NCBI RefSeq assembly: GCF_009914755.1
Contig: NC_060925.1
Direction: 5' to 3' (one strand)
Length of the DNA: 64,000 bases
Source of the DNA: the human T2T-CHM13v2.0 reference genome, Homo sapiens
Shown here: positions 46,760 through 61,271 of the stretch, in pieces
How positions within the stretch are numbered: the stretch's first letter is position 1
Layout of the letters: each line of letters opens with the position of its first letter
Translations under genes and position numbers: made by a program
The notes under the pieces: generated by a model
What the model saw: only the letters and a program-made list of their open reading frames with translations
Told to the model about the DNA's origin: nothing
Databases searched by the model: none

Positions 46760-49030
46760 AAATATCACATTGGGCTTATTCCAGAAATTCAAGCTTGTTT
46801 CAATAGTTAGAGCAATCTACAAATGTAATTCATTACATTAACTAATTAAAGGAGCTAAATCACATCACCACCACAATAATGCAGAAAAACACATTTGATA
46901 CAACTCAATATTCATGTCTGCCTAACAAACATCTCATGATACTAGGAAAAGAGGAAGGGATATATTATTTTCATGTATAAAACACTAACCATTGTAGCAT
47001 GCCAATATACTCAAAATTCAATGAAATTCCTATCAAAATCTTAGCATTCCTCTTAGTCCTCAACAAAGCATTTCTAAAATGTGTATAGAAGACCAAAGGG
47101 CCAAAAGAGTCAACTTCTGAAGAAGTGGAAAAAGAAAGTTGAGGAAATCTTAAAACATGTTATTGAGCTTAAAGTTGCAAAAATAAACTCATGTACCATA
47201 ATTCATGAGTAGAAAAATAGACTAGTGGAATAACATAAAAATAAAAACAATGCTTACATAAAATGTTGTAACTGATTTGGATGTCATTAGAAATCAGTAA
47301 GTAAATAGATGGACAATGTAATGAAAGATGCTAGGCAAATAATGTGGTAGGGAGAATAATGGCCCTCAAAGATGCCCATGCCTAACCCTGGAACCTGTGA
47401 ATATGTTACACTGAATGCAATAAAGGCTTATCAGATGTGATTAAGGATGCAAACCGAGATGGAGAGATCTTCCTGGGTTATCCAGATGGGCCCAGTCTAA
47501 TCACATGAGTTCTTAAAAATGGAGAACCTTTCTTAGCTGAGTCCAGAGAGAGATGTGACAATGAAAGAATGGTCAGAGAAATGTGACATTGCCAGCTTTA
47601 AAAAGAGAGAGGAGAGGCAATGAGAAAAGGAATGCTGATGTTCTCTAGAAGATAGAAAAGGCCAGGATATGGATTCTACCCTAGCCGCCATAAAGAAACA
47701 TGCCTGTCGACAACTTGATTTTAGTTCACTAAAATTCATGCCTGATTTCTGACTTGTGTACACTGTAAGATGACAAGTTTGTGTTATTTTAGGTCACTTA
47801 GTTTGTAGAAATTTGTTACAGCAGTAATAGAACAAGTGGTTATCCATATGAGGCAAATTAGATTGGATACCTATCTCCAATAGAAATCAATTCAAGGTGA
47901 ATTCCAGGAAAATACTTAAAACATTTAGATTAAAAATAAATGAGAATTTTTGTTACTTTTGGTAGGTCATAGAACCAAGAAAAACAAACATTAAGGAGGA
48001 AAAATGAACATATGACTACATCAAAATATAAAGCTTCTCTATTTGGATGATATCATAAGGTGACAAATCATAAACTGTAATATTTGCAACATATATATGA
48101 GTGAATAAATATACATTTAGAATATATATGAACTCCCAAAAATCAACAGGAAAAATAAGACATAGAACAAGCAAAATGCATAAACAAAAGAAGGCAAAAC
48201 AAAAATAATGACTCATAATTATATGAAAAGAAGCTCATCTTCATAGATGAGCAGATAAATGCAAATTAAAACCACCCTGAGATGCTTTTTACATCCATGA
48301 GCCTGATAAAAGTTAGAGTCTAAAAGTAATAATTAACAAAGATGGGAAGTAACAGAAAATCTTGTCCATTACTGGTTAAAGTATAAACTGATACAGCTAC
48401 TTTATAGAATATTACATTATAGAATAAAGTTGTGAGTATGTATATGCAGTGACTCAGCATCTTCATTGCTAGTATGTACTCAAGAGAAACTTACAGGAGT
48501 GGACTAGGAAGTAAATACAAAATGATTACAACATTGTTTGTTATATCAAAAAATAAAAAAGACACCCAATTTTCCAGCAAAAAAAATAAGTAAAAATAAA
48601 TCCTGGTGTATTCTAACAATGGAATAATATATAGACATTAAAATAAATCAACTATTACTGTACATATGAATGTAAGTATCAGCAAAACATATTGTTTAGT
48701 GAAAAAGTAAGAAGCTGAAGAAGAATATATACAATATGGTTACATTTATATGAAGTCCAAAAACTTGCAAAATGAAGAAATGTATTTAGAAATAGATTCA
48801 CATGTGAGAAAACTAGAAGAAAATTAATGAAAGGATAAAAGGGATAGCAGTAATTCTGAGTAGTTGAGGGGATTTCAATTGGAAAAAAATAGTATCATAT
48901 TCTTTAAGTCAGGTAGTGGGTATTAGCATTTGTTTTACCATCGTTCTTTATTCTTGTAGCTACACTATATATTTTCAATGTATTTAATGTATTTTTTGCA
49001 TAATTAAATATTATGCAATAAAAATGAGAA
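46760..49030 (+). mobile_element. Old L1 (L1ME-type) ORF2/3' remnants flanking the MLT1
   Basis: A-rich degenerate L1 motifs (AAATTCAATGAAATTCCTATCAAAATC; AAATGCAAATTAAAACCAC). Confidence 0.55.
47343..47835 (+). mobile_element. MLT1C/D-like MaLR LTR
   Basis: TGTGGTAGGGAGAATAATGGCCCTCAAAGATG...CCTGGAACCTGTGAATATGTTAC...AATTTGTTACAGCAG. Confidence 0.82.
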
Positions 49031-49297
49031 AACAAAAAAGTAGAAAATGATAAATTACAATAAAGAAATGGAGAAAAAATTATAATCTAGTTGAGTAATG
49101 GTATATTACATAGCTATTTTCTTAAGTAGATGTATGTACATGATGTATGCACGACTGTACATACATGTTCTTAATTATATATAAATATATGTACATATTT
49201 TTAATATAAAATACTAAACAAAGTACACCAAAATATTAGCTCCTACGTTAGTGAGATAATGTTTTGTTTTTTTGTATTTTAAGTTTTACATAGTAGG

Positions 49298-49678
49298 TGT
49301 ATTTGTCTGTTTTCATACTGCTATAAAGAACTGCCCAAGACTGGGTAATTTATAAAGGAAAGAAGTTTAATTGGCTCACAGTTCAGCACAGCTTGGGAGG
49401 CCTCAGGAAATCTACAATCATGGCGGAAGACAAAGAGGAAGCAAGCCAGCTTCTTCGCAAGGCAGCATGAAGAAGTGCAGAGCAAAGGGGAAAGAATCCC
49501 TTATAAAACCATCAAATCTCGTGAGAACTCACTATCACAAGAACAGCACAGGGGAAACTGCCCCTATGATTCAATTACCTCCACCTGGTCTCTCCCTTGA
49601 CCTGTGGGGATTATGGGGGCTATGGGGATTACAATTCAAGATGAGATTCAGGTGGGGATACAAAGCCTAACCATATCA
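49298..49678 (-). mobile_element. THE1 (C/D) MaLR solo LTR
   Basis: TGTATTTGTCTGTTTTCATACTGCTATAAAG...AACCATATCA; perfect 5-bp TSD GTAGG. Confidence 0.92.
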
Positions 49679-50508
49679 GTAGGCATGTGTTGAATTTTAA
49701 ACTCAGAGAAAAATACTAGTGTTTTTATAGGATTCTTACTAAAGAAAAAACAGAAAGTAATAAACCATCTACGCTAAGACATAAAATTCAGTTGTTTAGT
49801 TACAAGATAGAATGTGGCCTTGTAAGAAAGCAAATTAACTTCTAACATACAAAGCCTTAGAGAAGATTCAAGTGACTGACAGATCTTAAACAGAGCTATT
49901 ATTACAACTCAAACTGCAGAAAAATATCCTCAGCAGCATAGATGTGTGTGTTTCACTAGTCAGAGCAATACAAATTTAATGAAACTCCATTGGTGGTGTT
50001 TTTAATCAGACAATTTCTGAAGATGTCCTGGCTTATTCATAGATGCAAGCCAAATCTCTAGAAGAGTACCATAATAAGAAAAAAAAGAATACAGGCAATT
50101 GAGAGCTGTTCCAAAGTTTAGGGAGTTTTTGTAAGGAATTAATAAATAAAAATGTTCTTGAAAGAGAGAAATTAATATGCAGTTCATACTGCCAGAATTG
50201 CAGGCAATTTATCAAACTCCCCTAATCCTCCAAAATCGCTATTTTTTTTTTGACACACACTTTATAGTACAGAAGAAAATGTCTCCGGCAATAAATCACA
50301 AAGTTAAAATTACCTAGTCTACAATTAACTAGACAGTGATGGTAAATCATTTTCTACCAAAAGAAAGAAATGTCTTGTCTATTCAGGTTCTGCTCTACTT
50401 AAAAGTTTTCCTTGTTGGCGAGCAAGTGGTTAGAAAATCATATTTTATACGTACATTCAGCTTAACTATCATTCAGCTCAGCAAGATGACTCAGGGCCTT
50501 ATCCATAC

Positions 50509-50666
50509 CTTCAAGTTTGCTCTTAGCAAGTAATTGTTTCAGTATCTATATCAAAAATGGCTTAAGTCTGCAACATGTTTCTGAATGATTAACAAGGTGA
50601 TAGTCAGTTCTTCACTGAATCCTGGATGCTTTATTTTTCTTAATAAGAGGAATTCATATGGATCAG
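50509..50666 (-). ncRNA. 158-bp exon of minus-strand chimeric transcript
   Basis: Acceptor TTTTTTTCTAG|CTGATCC, donor GAAG|GTATGG; continues the SEPTIN14-derived frame. Confidence 0.65.
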
Positions 50667-50701
50667 CTAGAAAAAAATTAAGAGGAAAATCACATGGAAA
50701 G

Positions 50702-51401
50702 TTATATATTATATATCTATTATAGATATAATATTATATATCTATTATATCTATTATATATCTATTATATATATAATAGATATTATATATCTATTATATA
50801 TATAATAGATATTATATATCTATTATATATAATATATATCTATTATATATTATATATCTATTATATATAATATATATCTATTATATATTATATATCTATT
50901 ATATATAATATATATCTATTATATATATTATATATCTATTATATATATAATAGATATTATATATCTATTATATATAATATATATCTATTATATATTATAT
51001 ATCTATTATATATAATATGTATCTATTATATATATTATATATCTATTATATATAATATATATCTATTATATATCTATTATATATAATATATATCTATTAT
51101 ATATATTATATATCTATTATATATAATATATATCTATTATATATATTATATATCTATTATATATATTATATATCTATTATATATAATATATATCTATTAT
51201 ATATATTATATATCTATTATATATAATATATATTATATATCTATTATATATAATATATATTATATATCTATTATATATAATATATATTATATATCTATTA
51301 TATATAATATATATTATATATCTATTATATATATATTATATATTGTATATCTATTACATATATAATATATCTATTATATATATAACATTATATATTATAT
51401 A
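50702..51401. repeat. AT-rich VNTR built of TATATATCTAT/TATATATAA/TAT units
   Basis: About 700 bp of near-pure A/T with periodic CTAT. Confidence 0.95.
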
Positions 51402-51540
51402 TCATTTCCAAATTCCCCAGCGTTCATATTTGTCAGTGCAAGTAAAGAGCCTTAGTGCTGATGAAGTTTGAGGTATGACCATTTGGCCAGAATTTATGAA
51501 CTCTACATGTCACTTGATGTGTGCTTCAGGGTACACTTTT

Positions 51541-51833
51541 TTTTTTTTTTTTGAGACGGAGTCTTGCTCTGTCGCCCAGGCTGGAGTGCAGCGGTGCCAT
51601 CTCAGCTCACCGCAAGCTCCGTCTCCCGGGTTCACGCCATTCTCCTGCCTGAGCCTCCTGAGTAGCTGGGACTACAGGCGCCCGCCACTATGCCCTGCTA
51701 ATTTTTTGCATTTTTAGTACAGACGGGGTTTCACCGTGTTAGCCAGGATGGTCTCGATCTCCTGACCTCGTGATCCACCCGCCTCGGCCTCCCAAAGTGC
51801 TGGAATTACAGGTGTGAGCCACCACGCCCGGCC
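51541..51833 (-). mobile_element. AluY
   Basis: GCAAGCTCCG..CCCGGGTTCACGCCATTC; TSD AGGGTACACTTTT. Confidence 0.95.
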
Positions 51834-53632
51834 AGGGTACACTTTTAAGCAGAGACACTACTTTGAAGGTCATAAAAAATATAATGAGATAAGGCTAATT
51901 TCCTTTAATAATAATAATAATAATAAAATCCTTTAATAAAAATATAAAGGAATATAATAATTTTCTTTAATAAAATATAATAAGAGATAAGGCTAATTTC
52001 CTTTAATAAAATATAGTAACTACATACCAACAGAATTCCAAAAAAAGAAATGGAGAGGAAGGGAGCATGGGTCATTAATCTTGTCAAAAATATAAAATTA
52101 TATACGAGGAATTCCTAGAAACTGTTTTCCTTGTCTGCGGCCATTGTGCTGCTGCTACATAACTACCGCAAGCAGCCCTTCACGCCCTCCTCCCAGTACA
52201 AAGCTAATTGACTTGTGAGAAATGTTAAGCTTGGAAGAGTCAGCATCGCTGCACTTATTTTTTATTCTACTCTGACATTAGAATAATCCTTGAGTGGGGG
52301 AAAGCTTAAAAACCCCCCTGGATAAGTGTTACTAATTAATGATGATTGTTTTAAACAATGTTTGGATAATTTTTCCTTGTCCCTTAACATAAACTTGATA
52401 AATAACTGAGAAGTGAGAAGGAGATTAGTGGGTTGATTAAATTCCATTCAGGTACTTAAAGTTAGCTCCAAAAATTTAGCTATTTATAAATTGTCATGCA
52501 TTGTTAATGTATAAGAGATGCAGATTTCATTTATCTTTGGTGGAGCGAGATGAAGCAGTGAATCATTGAAGACTGAAAGAAAGAAAAAGGTCTTTTCCCT
52601 TTTCTTTAAGAAGCATCATTAGTTAAAAACATGTTAGTTGATACCAGAGAACTATATTTAAAGGGACAGCAATAAGCAAATTGATTACTCTGGTGATTAT
52701 TGGAGTGACATTGCCTTTTAGTTGTACTTTCACAAAAATTCACAATATTTGCCAAAGTCAAGTTATCCATTACACTATTAATTTGTCATTCTTTTGTTTA
52801 TATAGTCAATATCTCTATCTCAATTGGATCTCAACTGCTTCTAAACAAGCCACCATAGTCTCTCCCATTTCAACAATCTCTTCCAAGTACCATTTCATTT
52901 CTTCTTTTCATATTTTTGAAAACTTTTGAAAAACTACCTATTTTCCTCCTCCATTTCTTGTTCATTCCATTCTAGTGGACATGGAATCTGTTCCTCCTCC
53001 AAAACGGAATTTGGTAACCCTTAAATTACTAAACCCAAAACAATATGTTGTTTTTATCTTTACCTCTCTGTGGCATTTAATGATAAGACCACTACTTTCT
53101 TCTCTTTTACCCTTCTTTCTTGAATTCAGTCAAACAACGTACTTACATTTTTCGTCTTATTCTCCATCTTAGAAACCACCTCAGCTTTCTCCATTCAGCC
53201 ATAAAATTGTGCTTTTCCTCAAAGATTAATCTGCCTCTCCTCTCACTCTATACTATCTCTGTTAGCTAATTTTATTTGTGCACATTGCTTATACTGGGCA
53301 TTATATACACATATGCATGTGTGTACATGTGCACACACACACTGTATGTGGACATGTATATATATGTGTGTGTGTATATGTATATAGTATATATATAAAT
53401 TACAATAACATAAAGGTGGCATTTTAAATTAGTGGAAATTACCCTGATTTGATCACTACACATTCTATACATGTAAAGAAATATCACTCTGTATCCCAAG
53501 AATATGTACAATTATGGTTTGCCAAATGAAAAAGTTCATACATTGAAAAATTTTAGATAAATATCAAACTTTCTCTGAAACTGTAACTGTAAAATGTAAA
53601 AAACAGTAATTGCTATATTGCTTATTTCTGAG

Positions 53633-53759
53633 TAGAATATGAGACATTTCCCTAATCATTATGTGTAATTACAATTACATATATATGTATGTAATATATA
53701 AACATATATATATGTAATTGTAATTACACATAATGATTAGGGAAATGTCTCATATTCTA
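53633..53759. repeat. Perfect inverted repeat, 54-bp arms, 19-nt spacer
   Basis: 53633-53686 is the exact reverse complement of 53706-53759. Confidence 0.95.
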
Positions 53760-54833
53760 TATATATAGACAGAAAGAGAGAAAATATATGAGGGAGAGAA
53801 AGAATCTTTCCATCTCCTTTGAGTTCCACGGTGTTGAGAGTCAGGACAACTACAATTGCTTCATCATGCCTGCTTGCAATTATAGGGCTTTTGAACCATT
53901 TGTTCCCTCCTTAGATATCCTCATTTTTTTCAGATTCTTGCTTAGAAGTCACTCCTCCGTGGACCTCCTCTGACATATTAAACATTGCAGTCCATTATAA
54001 GCTGCAAGAGGACAGGGATTTTTGCCTGTTTTATTCCCTACTGTATCACCAGGGGCTACAGCAATATCTGACAAACAGTGGGCATGTAATGCATATTTGT
54101 TAAGTGAAGTAATAAATTCAATCAAATCACATCACCTGTTTAAAGCACTTCATTGGCTTCACATTGCACTTAGAATAAAGAGAAATTCTTTTTATACAAT
54201 ATAAGTTCCTGCAGAATGCAGACACTTTCTACTTCTCCAGCCTCTTTTCAACTCCTCTCCTACTGGCTTCTGTATTTAAGCCACATTAGACCTTTCTTCA
54301 GTTTTTTATATAGACTTTGTTGCATCACACCTCAGAGATTCTGTACATGTTCTTCCTCCTGCCTAGAAAGGATCGTCCCTCCACTTTCGCCAACTAATCC
54401 CTGCTCAACTTTTCATCTCAGCAGGAGGCCCATTCTCTTTGGCAATCCTCTGGCCTCCAGCCCATTTATTATATACTCACATGTCAACATGTACTTCGTA
54501 CAGCATGTAACACAATTGCACTTTTATATTTTAACAAATTATATTTCCCACATTGAACTGTAAGTCTCCTGAAAGGAGGAATTTTGTTCTTGCTCATCAT
54601 CAACTTTTTCAACATCCAGTGCACCATTTAGAACTTAGATGTAGTCAATACAGGTTTGTGGAATGAAAGAGGAAAAGAAAGAATTAATATTCCTTTAAAT
54701 TAGGATGGCAAAGATCGTATATAGAAAATTGGCTAAGTTGTGGTCCATTCATGTTTGCTCCAAATTAAGGAGCACAGCTATGAAAAGGAAGGCTTCAAAT
54801 TAATAACCAATAGATTTTTTAAAAAAGAAAACT

Positions 54834-55130
54834 GGCCAGGTACTGTGGCTTATGTCTGTAATATAGCATGTTGGGAGGCCAAGGCAGGATTACTTGAGCC
54901 CAGAAATTCCAGACCAGCCTGAGAATTTGGCAAAACTCTGTCTCTACAAAAAATACAAAAATTAGCCAAGTTTGGTGGCATGTGCCTGTAGTACCAGCTA
55001 CTTGGGAGGCTGAGGTGGAAGAATAGCTTGAGTCTGGGAGGTCAAGGCTGCAATGAGCTGTGATCGCACCACTGCACTCAAGCCTGGGTGGTAGAGTAAG
55101 ACCCTGTCTCAAAAAAAAAAAAAAAAAGAA
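54834..55130 (+). mobile_element. AluJ
   Basis: GGATTACTTGAGCCCAG...GGTCAAGGCTGCAATGAGC, A-tail. Confidence 0.92.
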
Positions 55131-56329
55131 AAATCACTAAGCAAAATAAGACATGTGAAGGATCATGTCAAAGGTAAGAAAAATTAGGGGAACATTAAAA
55201 GCTTTCTTCCCAAGCCACTAAATCAACTTGACTAACAAAATTACCACTTGATTTAGCATTAGAAAATTACATTACATATCAAACATAAACCCATTAATCA
55301 AATACTAAAGAAATTTCTGAGTTAAATGGTATAATGTTAGCTTATGCCAGAGCTGACCTTGAAAGATTGTTCAAATATGGCTCAGTGTGATTGAAAGTTC
55401 TGTGTGAATATGTTTTTGGAAAGATCCAACAGCAACACCTTAGTGTATGTTTTTGAAATAAAATGTATCCGAGTAGTAGCAAAGTTATTCTCAAATTTCC
55501 ATTTTATAGCTGGAGATGTTATACCGTGACATATATGATAGGACCCAATATGGATTAATCCCTTTTAGAAGTCAATCAGGAAGAGGGGAGCAGTTAAAAC
55601 AGTTGCTTGGTTTACAAACAGTAGAACAATTTTCCTATTCACACCATCTGATTATTGTATTTTATTTTTTCCCCAACGTTTAGACTACACAACGAGTTAA
55701 GAATGATAAAAATAAGCTCACCAATATACTATGTACATATTTACCAAAATCTGTGCATGCTTATACATATAAACACAGCTGATAATTTATTAGTTAGGCT
55801 CATTTGTAATTTTTGTCACTATAGACCAGTTTTTTATTTAAATTGAAGATTAGTATACATTTTAAATGATTAGTCAAAATAAAAAATCTAAAATGTGCTC
55901 TAAATACCTCTTAGGTCAGAAAAAAAAAAGTCAAAAGCTAGAATATAGAGAAATTAAGAAATGCCCTAAATTTCTAATCTGACAAAAATTCATACGAGAT
56001 TTAAATATTTTAATGGAAAATAGAACAGAACTAATCATTGAAGAAATTATAGAAAGGAAACAAAATAAACAGATTATATGGAGGATTTTTAGAAGATAAA
56101 TAAATTAATATACTAGGAAAAAACAAGGGAAATATAATTGATAAATAAATACAGGTAAGAGTTCTTTTGAAATAATGATAAAATAGAAAATCTCTGTCAA
56201 AACTAAAAGGAAAGATGCATAAATATATAAATAAATGATAAAACGATGTTGCATACATATATGACTTTTTCAGAATCAAAAAATTTAAATTTCTGTAATA
56301 AAATTTAAATGTTTATAAATTTAAAAAAC

Positions 56330-57260
56330 TAGAAGAAAGAATGTTGACTGTTCACAATACAAATAAATGACAAATATTTGAGGTGATGGATATGCTAATT
56401 ATCCTTATTTGATCATTGGACATTGTATACATGTATCAAAATATCACTCTGTATCCCATGAATATGTACAATTATTTGTCTCAAAAACAAACAAACAAAA
56501 GATAATGGGAGAATGTTGAAAGCTCAGAGAGAAGAGCAACTCTCACAGATAGGGATCCAGATAATATTAGCAGCTGATTTCTTGGCAGAAACCTTGAAGG
56601 CCAGTAGGCAGTGGATTGTATATTTAAAATAATGAAGAAACCTGTCAATTGAGAAATCTATAGCTGGAAAACTTATCCTTCAAAAATGAGGGAGAAATTA
56701 AGACATTTCCAGATTTTTTTTTTAAACTGAAAAAAAATCCATTTATCCCTGAATTTGCCATTCAAGAAGTGTTAAGTCCTTCAGGTTGAAATAAATGAAC
56801 TCTAGGTAATAACTATATAAGTAAATAAGCAAGCTGTATGAATATACAAAGCTCTCTGGTAAAGGTAAATACATAAACAAACGTAAAAACAGTCCTATTG
56901 TAATTTTGGTTTCTAACTCTGCTTTTTATTTTCTACATAATTTAAAAGGCAAATGCATAAAATGTAATTGTAAATCTGTTAGCTGGTATACAATGAATAA
57001 AGATATAATTTGTTACATCAATAACATAAAAAGAGTAGAGCTATATGTATAGCAGTAGAATTTTGGTATGTGATTGAACTTAAGTTGAAATAAATTCAAA
57101 TTAAAATGTTATAACTCTAGGATGTTATATGTAATTCTCACAGTAACCAAAAACGAAATATACATAGAATATAAACAAAAGGAAATGAGACTAGAAACAA
57201 AATGTGTCACTACAAAAAAATCAACTAAAGATAAAAAAGAAATAATTGAGAAAATGGCAA
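56330..57260 (+). mobile_element. L1M remnants (L1MA-type 3' end followed by ORF1/inter-ORF piece)
   Basis: TTTGAGGTGATGGATATGCTAATT...ATGTACAATTA; CAGCTGATTTCTTGGCAGAAACCTTGAAGGCCAG...TCCTTCAAAAATGAGGGAGAAAT. Confidence 0.65.
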
Positions 57261-57998
57261 AAATCAGTAACTCTGACGTATTAAAACTTTCCATGCTACA
57301 TAAATCTGAAAACTCTATTTCACATAAAACTGGAGCTGAAAGAGACAAATATTTACCTATAAAGTTAAAAGTTATATAGGGAACAAACACTAATTTTTTT
57401 TAGAAAAAATTATAAAAAGAGTAAAAATATGCCTTATACTACCCCAATTTCATGTTTTACAGCTCTGGGAAAATAGAAAATAAAATGTTCTGTTAGCATG
57501 AATCCCTCTGTGCCCCCAAAAAACCCTATGGATTGCATCATTATTACCTAAAAAGTCTATTGTCAAATGCAGCAGAGTGATATTTTTTACAAGGTAGATA
57601 TTAATTTTAGATATGGAATAATATTGGTGATTTCAATTTTATAACACTGGGTTAAGATGAAAGAATGAGAAGATAAAGGTCCCTCAGCAATATAACTCAC
57701 AAACATGTTCAGAAGCAGTAAGAACTTACATTAATTATCTTTTGAAAGTCAATAATCTACATCTTTAATGTATGCATATAGCATAGCTAATGTACTATCG
57801 CTGGGTCCATTTATTCAATGAATAATTGCCGCTATGTGTCAGACATTTTTCTAGGCCTAGGAATGGATACATAAGTGAACAAAGCAAAGATTCTGGTTCT
57901 TGTAGAGTTTCCATTAAAAGACCATTTAGTAAAACTTTTCTTCCCCCAAATTATAAAATCTGTAAGATGATTTAACAACATGTGTAAAAGTCATTGTG

Positions 57999-58309
<311 letters not shown>

Positions 58310-58864
58310 TTATTTTCTACAACTTTGGTAACTTTAGCATATACCCCAAATCTGTAAGACATAATATTATAATTCAAATGCAACTCATGGCTTCTCATTG
58401 TACTCTTTCTCTAGCTTTTGAATTATTTATTCTAATACCAGTTTTAATTCTGACACAAAAGCATGGGAGTTCTAATCAAAATCCAACCTTTTTATCATAA
58501 AAACTATGAAGAAATTATGAGTAGAACTTAAAAAGGAAAATAGGCCTATTAATTAGATTTGTCTTTGTAGCATTTAACTCTATAATAAATAACATATTTT
58601 ATGCCTATGAGTACCCCAGCAAAGCCTCCAGCTTCTATTTAGATATAAAATGTAAAAGTCACTACTGGATCCACAAGCAAGACTATGGTAAAGAAATTTC
58701 TCCACCTAACCAGCTTCTTTTACATGATGTTACATGTTTCTTTTGTTTTTTCATTTTGGCAAATATTGATTGTCATCTTCGTCATCTTCGTGTTTGTCTA
58801 TGTCCTAAGTGCTGGGATACAGAATCTGAAAAGATGGACACAGGACCTGCCTTCAAGTTCACCC

Positions 58865-59167
<303 letters not shown>

Positions 59168-59319
59168 TAGGAGTTCACGCTTTAGTTGGGGGAAAATATA
59201 CAATAAGCAAGCCAATTTTTAAAAAGAGAACTGCAATTAGAGTTAAATGCTACAAAGACAATCTCACAGGAAGATGGGATGTAGAATGATAAGGCTCTCA
59301 GAATAGTAAGAGAAACTTG

Positions 59320-59496
59320 CTTCTTACGATGTTTGTCTTTCTTTGTATCAGTGCTCAGCTGAGTCTGCAGTGCTTCAGAGGCAGCTTTCATTTTATAAAA
59401 ATCTATGATTTCTCCTTCCAGTTGTTTTTTCTCTTCCTCGAGCTTCCTTATCTCCTCCTGTTGAATCATTTTAAGATGCTCGAATTTGTCCTGCAG
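59320..59496 (-). pseudogene. SEPTIN14P: Duplicated (unprocessed) last coding exon of septin 14, coiled-coil C-terminus
   Basis: Translates [59 protein letters not shown], matching the SEPT14 C-terminus; preceded by intronic acceptor TTGGTTTCACAG; no GTPase-domain exons in the window. Confidence 0.9.
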
Positions 59497-59660
59497 CTGT
59501 GAAACCAATGTGCAGTTGTGACACCAAAGCAGTGGGGCTGAACACCCAAAAGAATATGCTTTTTTCTGATTATCAAGCAAACCCAAATCATCACAGTAGA
59601 GCACGATCTTAATAACAATCTCAAAAACTCAGGAGTAAACACTCAGATATGGAATTTGTC

Positions 59661-59947
59661 TTTTCTTTCTTTTTTCCTTTTATAAGATGGAGTCTCACTC
59701 TGTTGCCCAGGCTGGAGTGCACTGGTGCGATCTCAGCTCACTGCAACCTCCATCTCCCAGTTCAAGTGATTCTCCTGCCTCAGCCTCTTGAGTAGCTGGG
59801 ACTACAGGCATGCACCACCACTACAGGCATGTGCCACCACACCTGGCTAATTTTTGTATTTTTAGTAGAGATGGGGTTTTGCCATGTTGGCCAGGCTGGT
59901 CTCGAACTCCTGACCTCAGGTGATCCTTCCGCTTTGGCCTCCCAAAG
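59661..59947 (-). mobile_element. Alu SINE with internal 19-bp duplication
   Basis: ACTACAGGCATG...CACC repeated at about 59801-59840. Confidence 0.9.
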
Positions 59948-59949
59948 AC

Positions 59950-60165
59950 TTTTTTTTTTTTAAATATAGAGACAAGTTCTCAGTATGTTGCCCAGGCTGG
60001 TCTCAAACTCCTGAGCTCAAGTGATCCTCCCACGTCAGCTTCCCAAAGTGCTGGGACTGACTGGATGCAGTGGCTCATGCTTGTAAACTCAGCACTTTGG
60101 GAGGCCAAGGTGGGAGGATCGCTTGAGCCCAGGAGTTCAAGACCAGACTGGGTGATATAACACAA
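59950..60165. mobile_element. Head-to-head pair of FLAM/AluJ left monomers
   Basis: Reverse monomer 59950-60058 directly abutting forward monomer 60059-60165. Confidence 0.8.
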
Positions 60166-60268
60166 TAGTAAACTTCAACAGGAGAGAGAATCTGTAAACT
60201 TGAATATAGATCTTCTGAAATTATCCAGTCAGAGGACAAAGAAAAAAAGAATAAAAAAGAGGAAAGAA

Positions 60269-61030
<762 letters not shown>

Positions 61031-61032
61031 AA

Positions 61033-61271
61033 GTTGGGAGCGGTGGCTCATGCCTGTAATCCCATTTTGGGAGGCCGAGGTGGGTGGATCACCTGAGGTC
61101 AGGAGGTCAAGACCAGCCTGGCCAACATGGCAAAACCCCACCTCCAGTAAAAATACAAAAAATTAGCCAGGTATGAAGGCCACTGAGATCGTGCCACTGC
61201 ACTCCAGCCTGGGTGACAAGAGTCAAACTACATTTCAAAAACAAAAAACAAAACAAACAAAAAAAACAAAA
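61033..61271 (+). mobile_element. Alu with internal deletion in right monomer
   Basis: Jumps from TTAGCCAGGTATG to CTGAGATCGTGCC; (AAAC)n tail. Confidence 0.88.

Noticed and set aside
50702-51401. CRISPR-like or coded repeat array
   Set aside because: No unique spacers; low-complexity eukaryotic VNTR.
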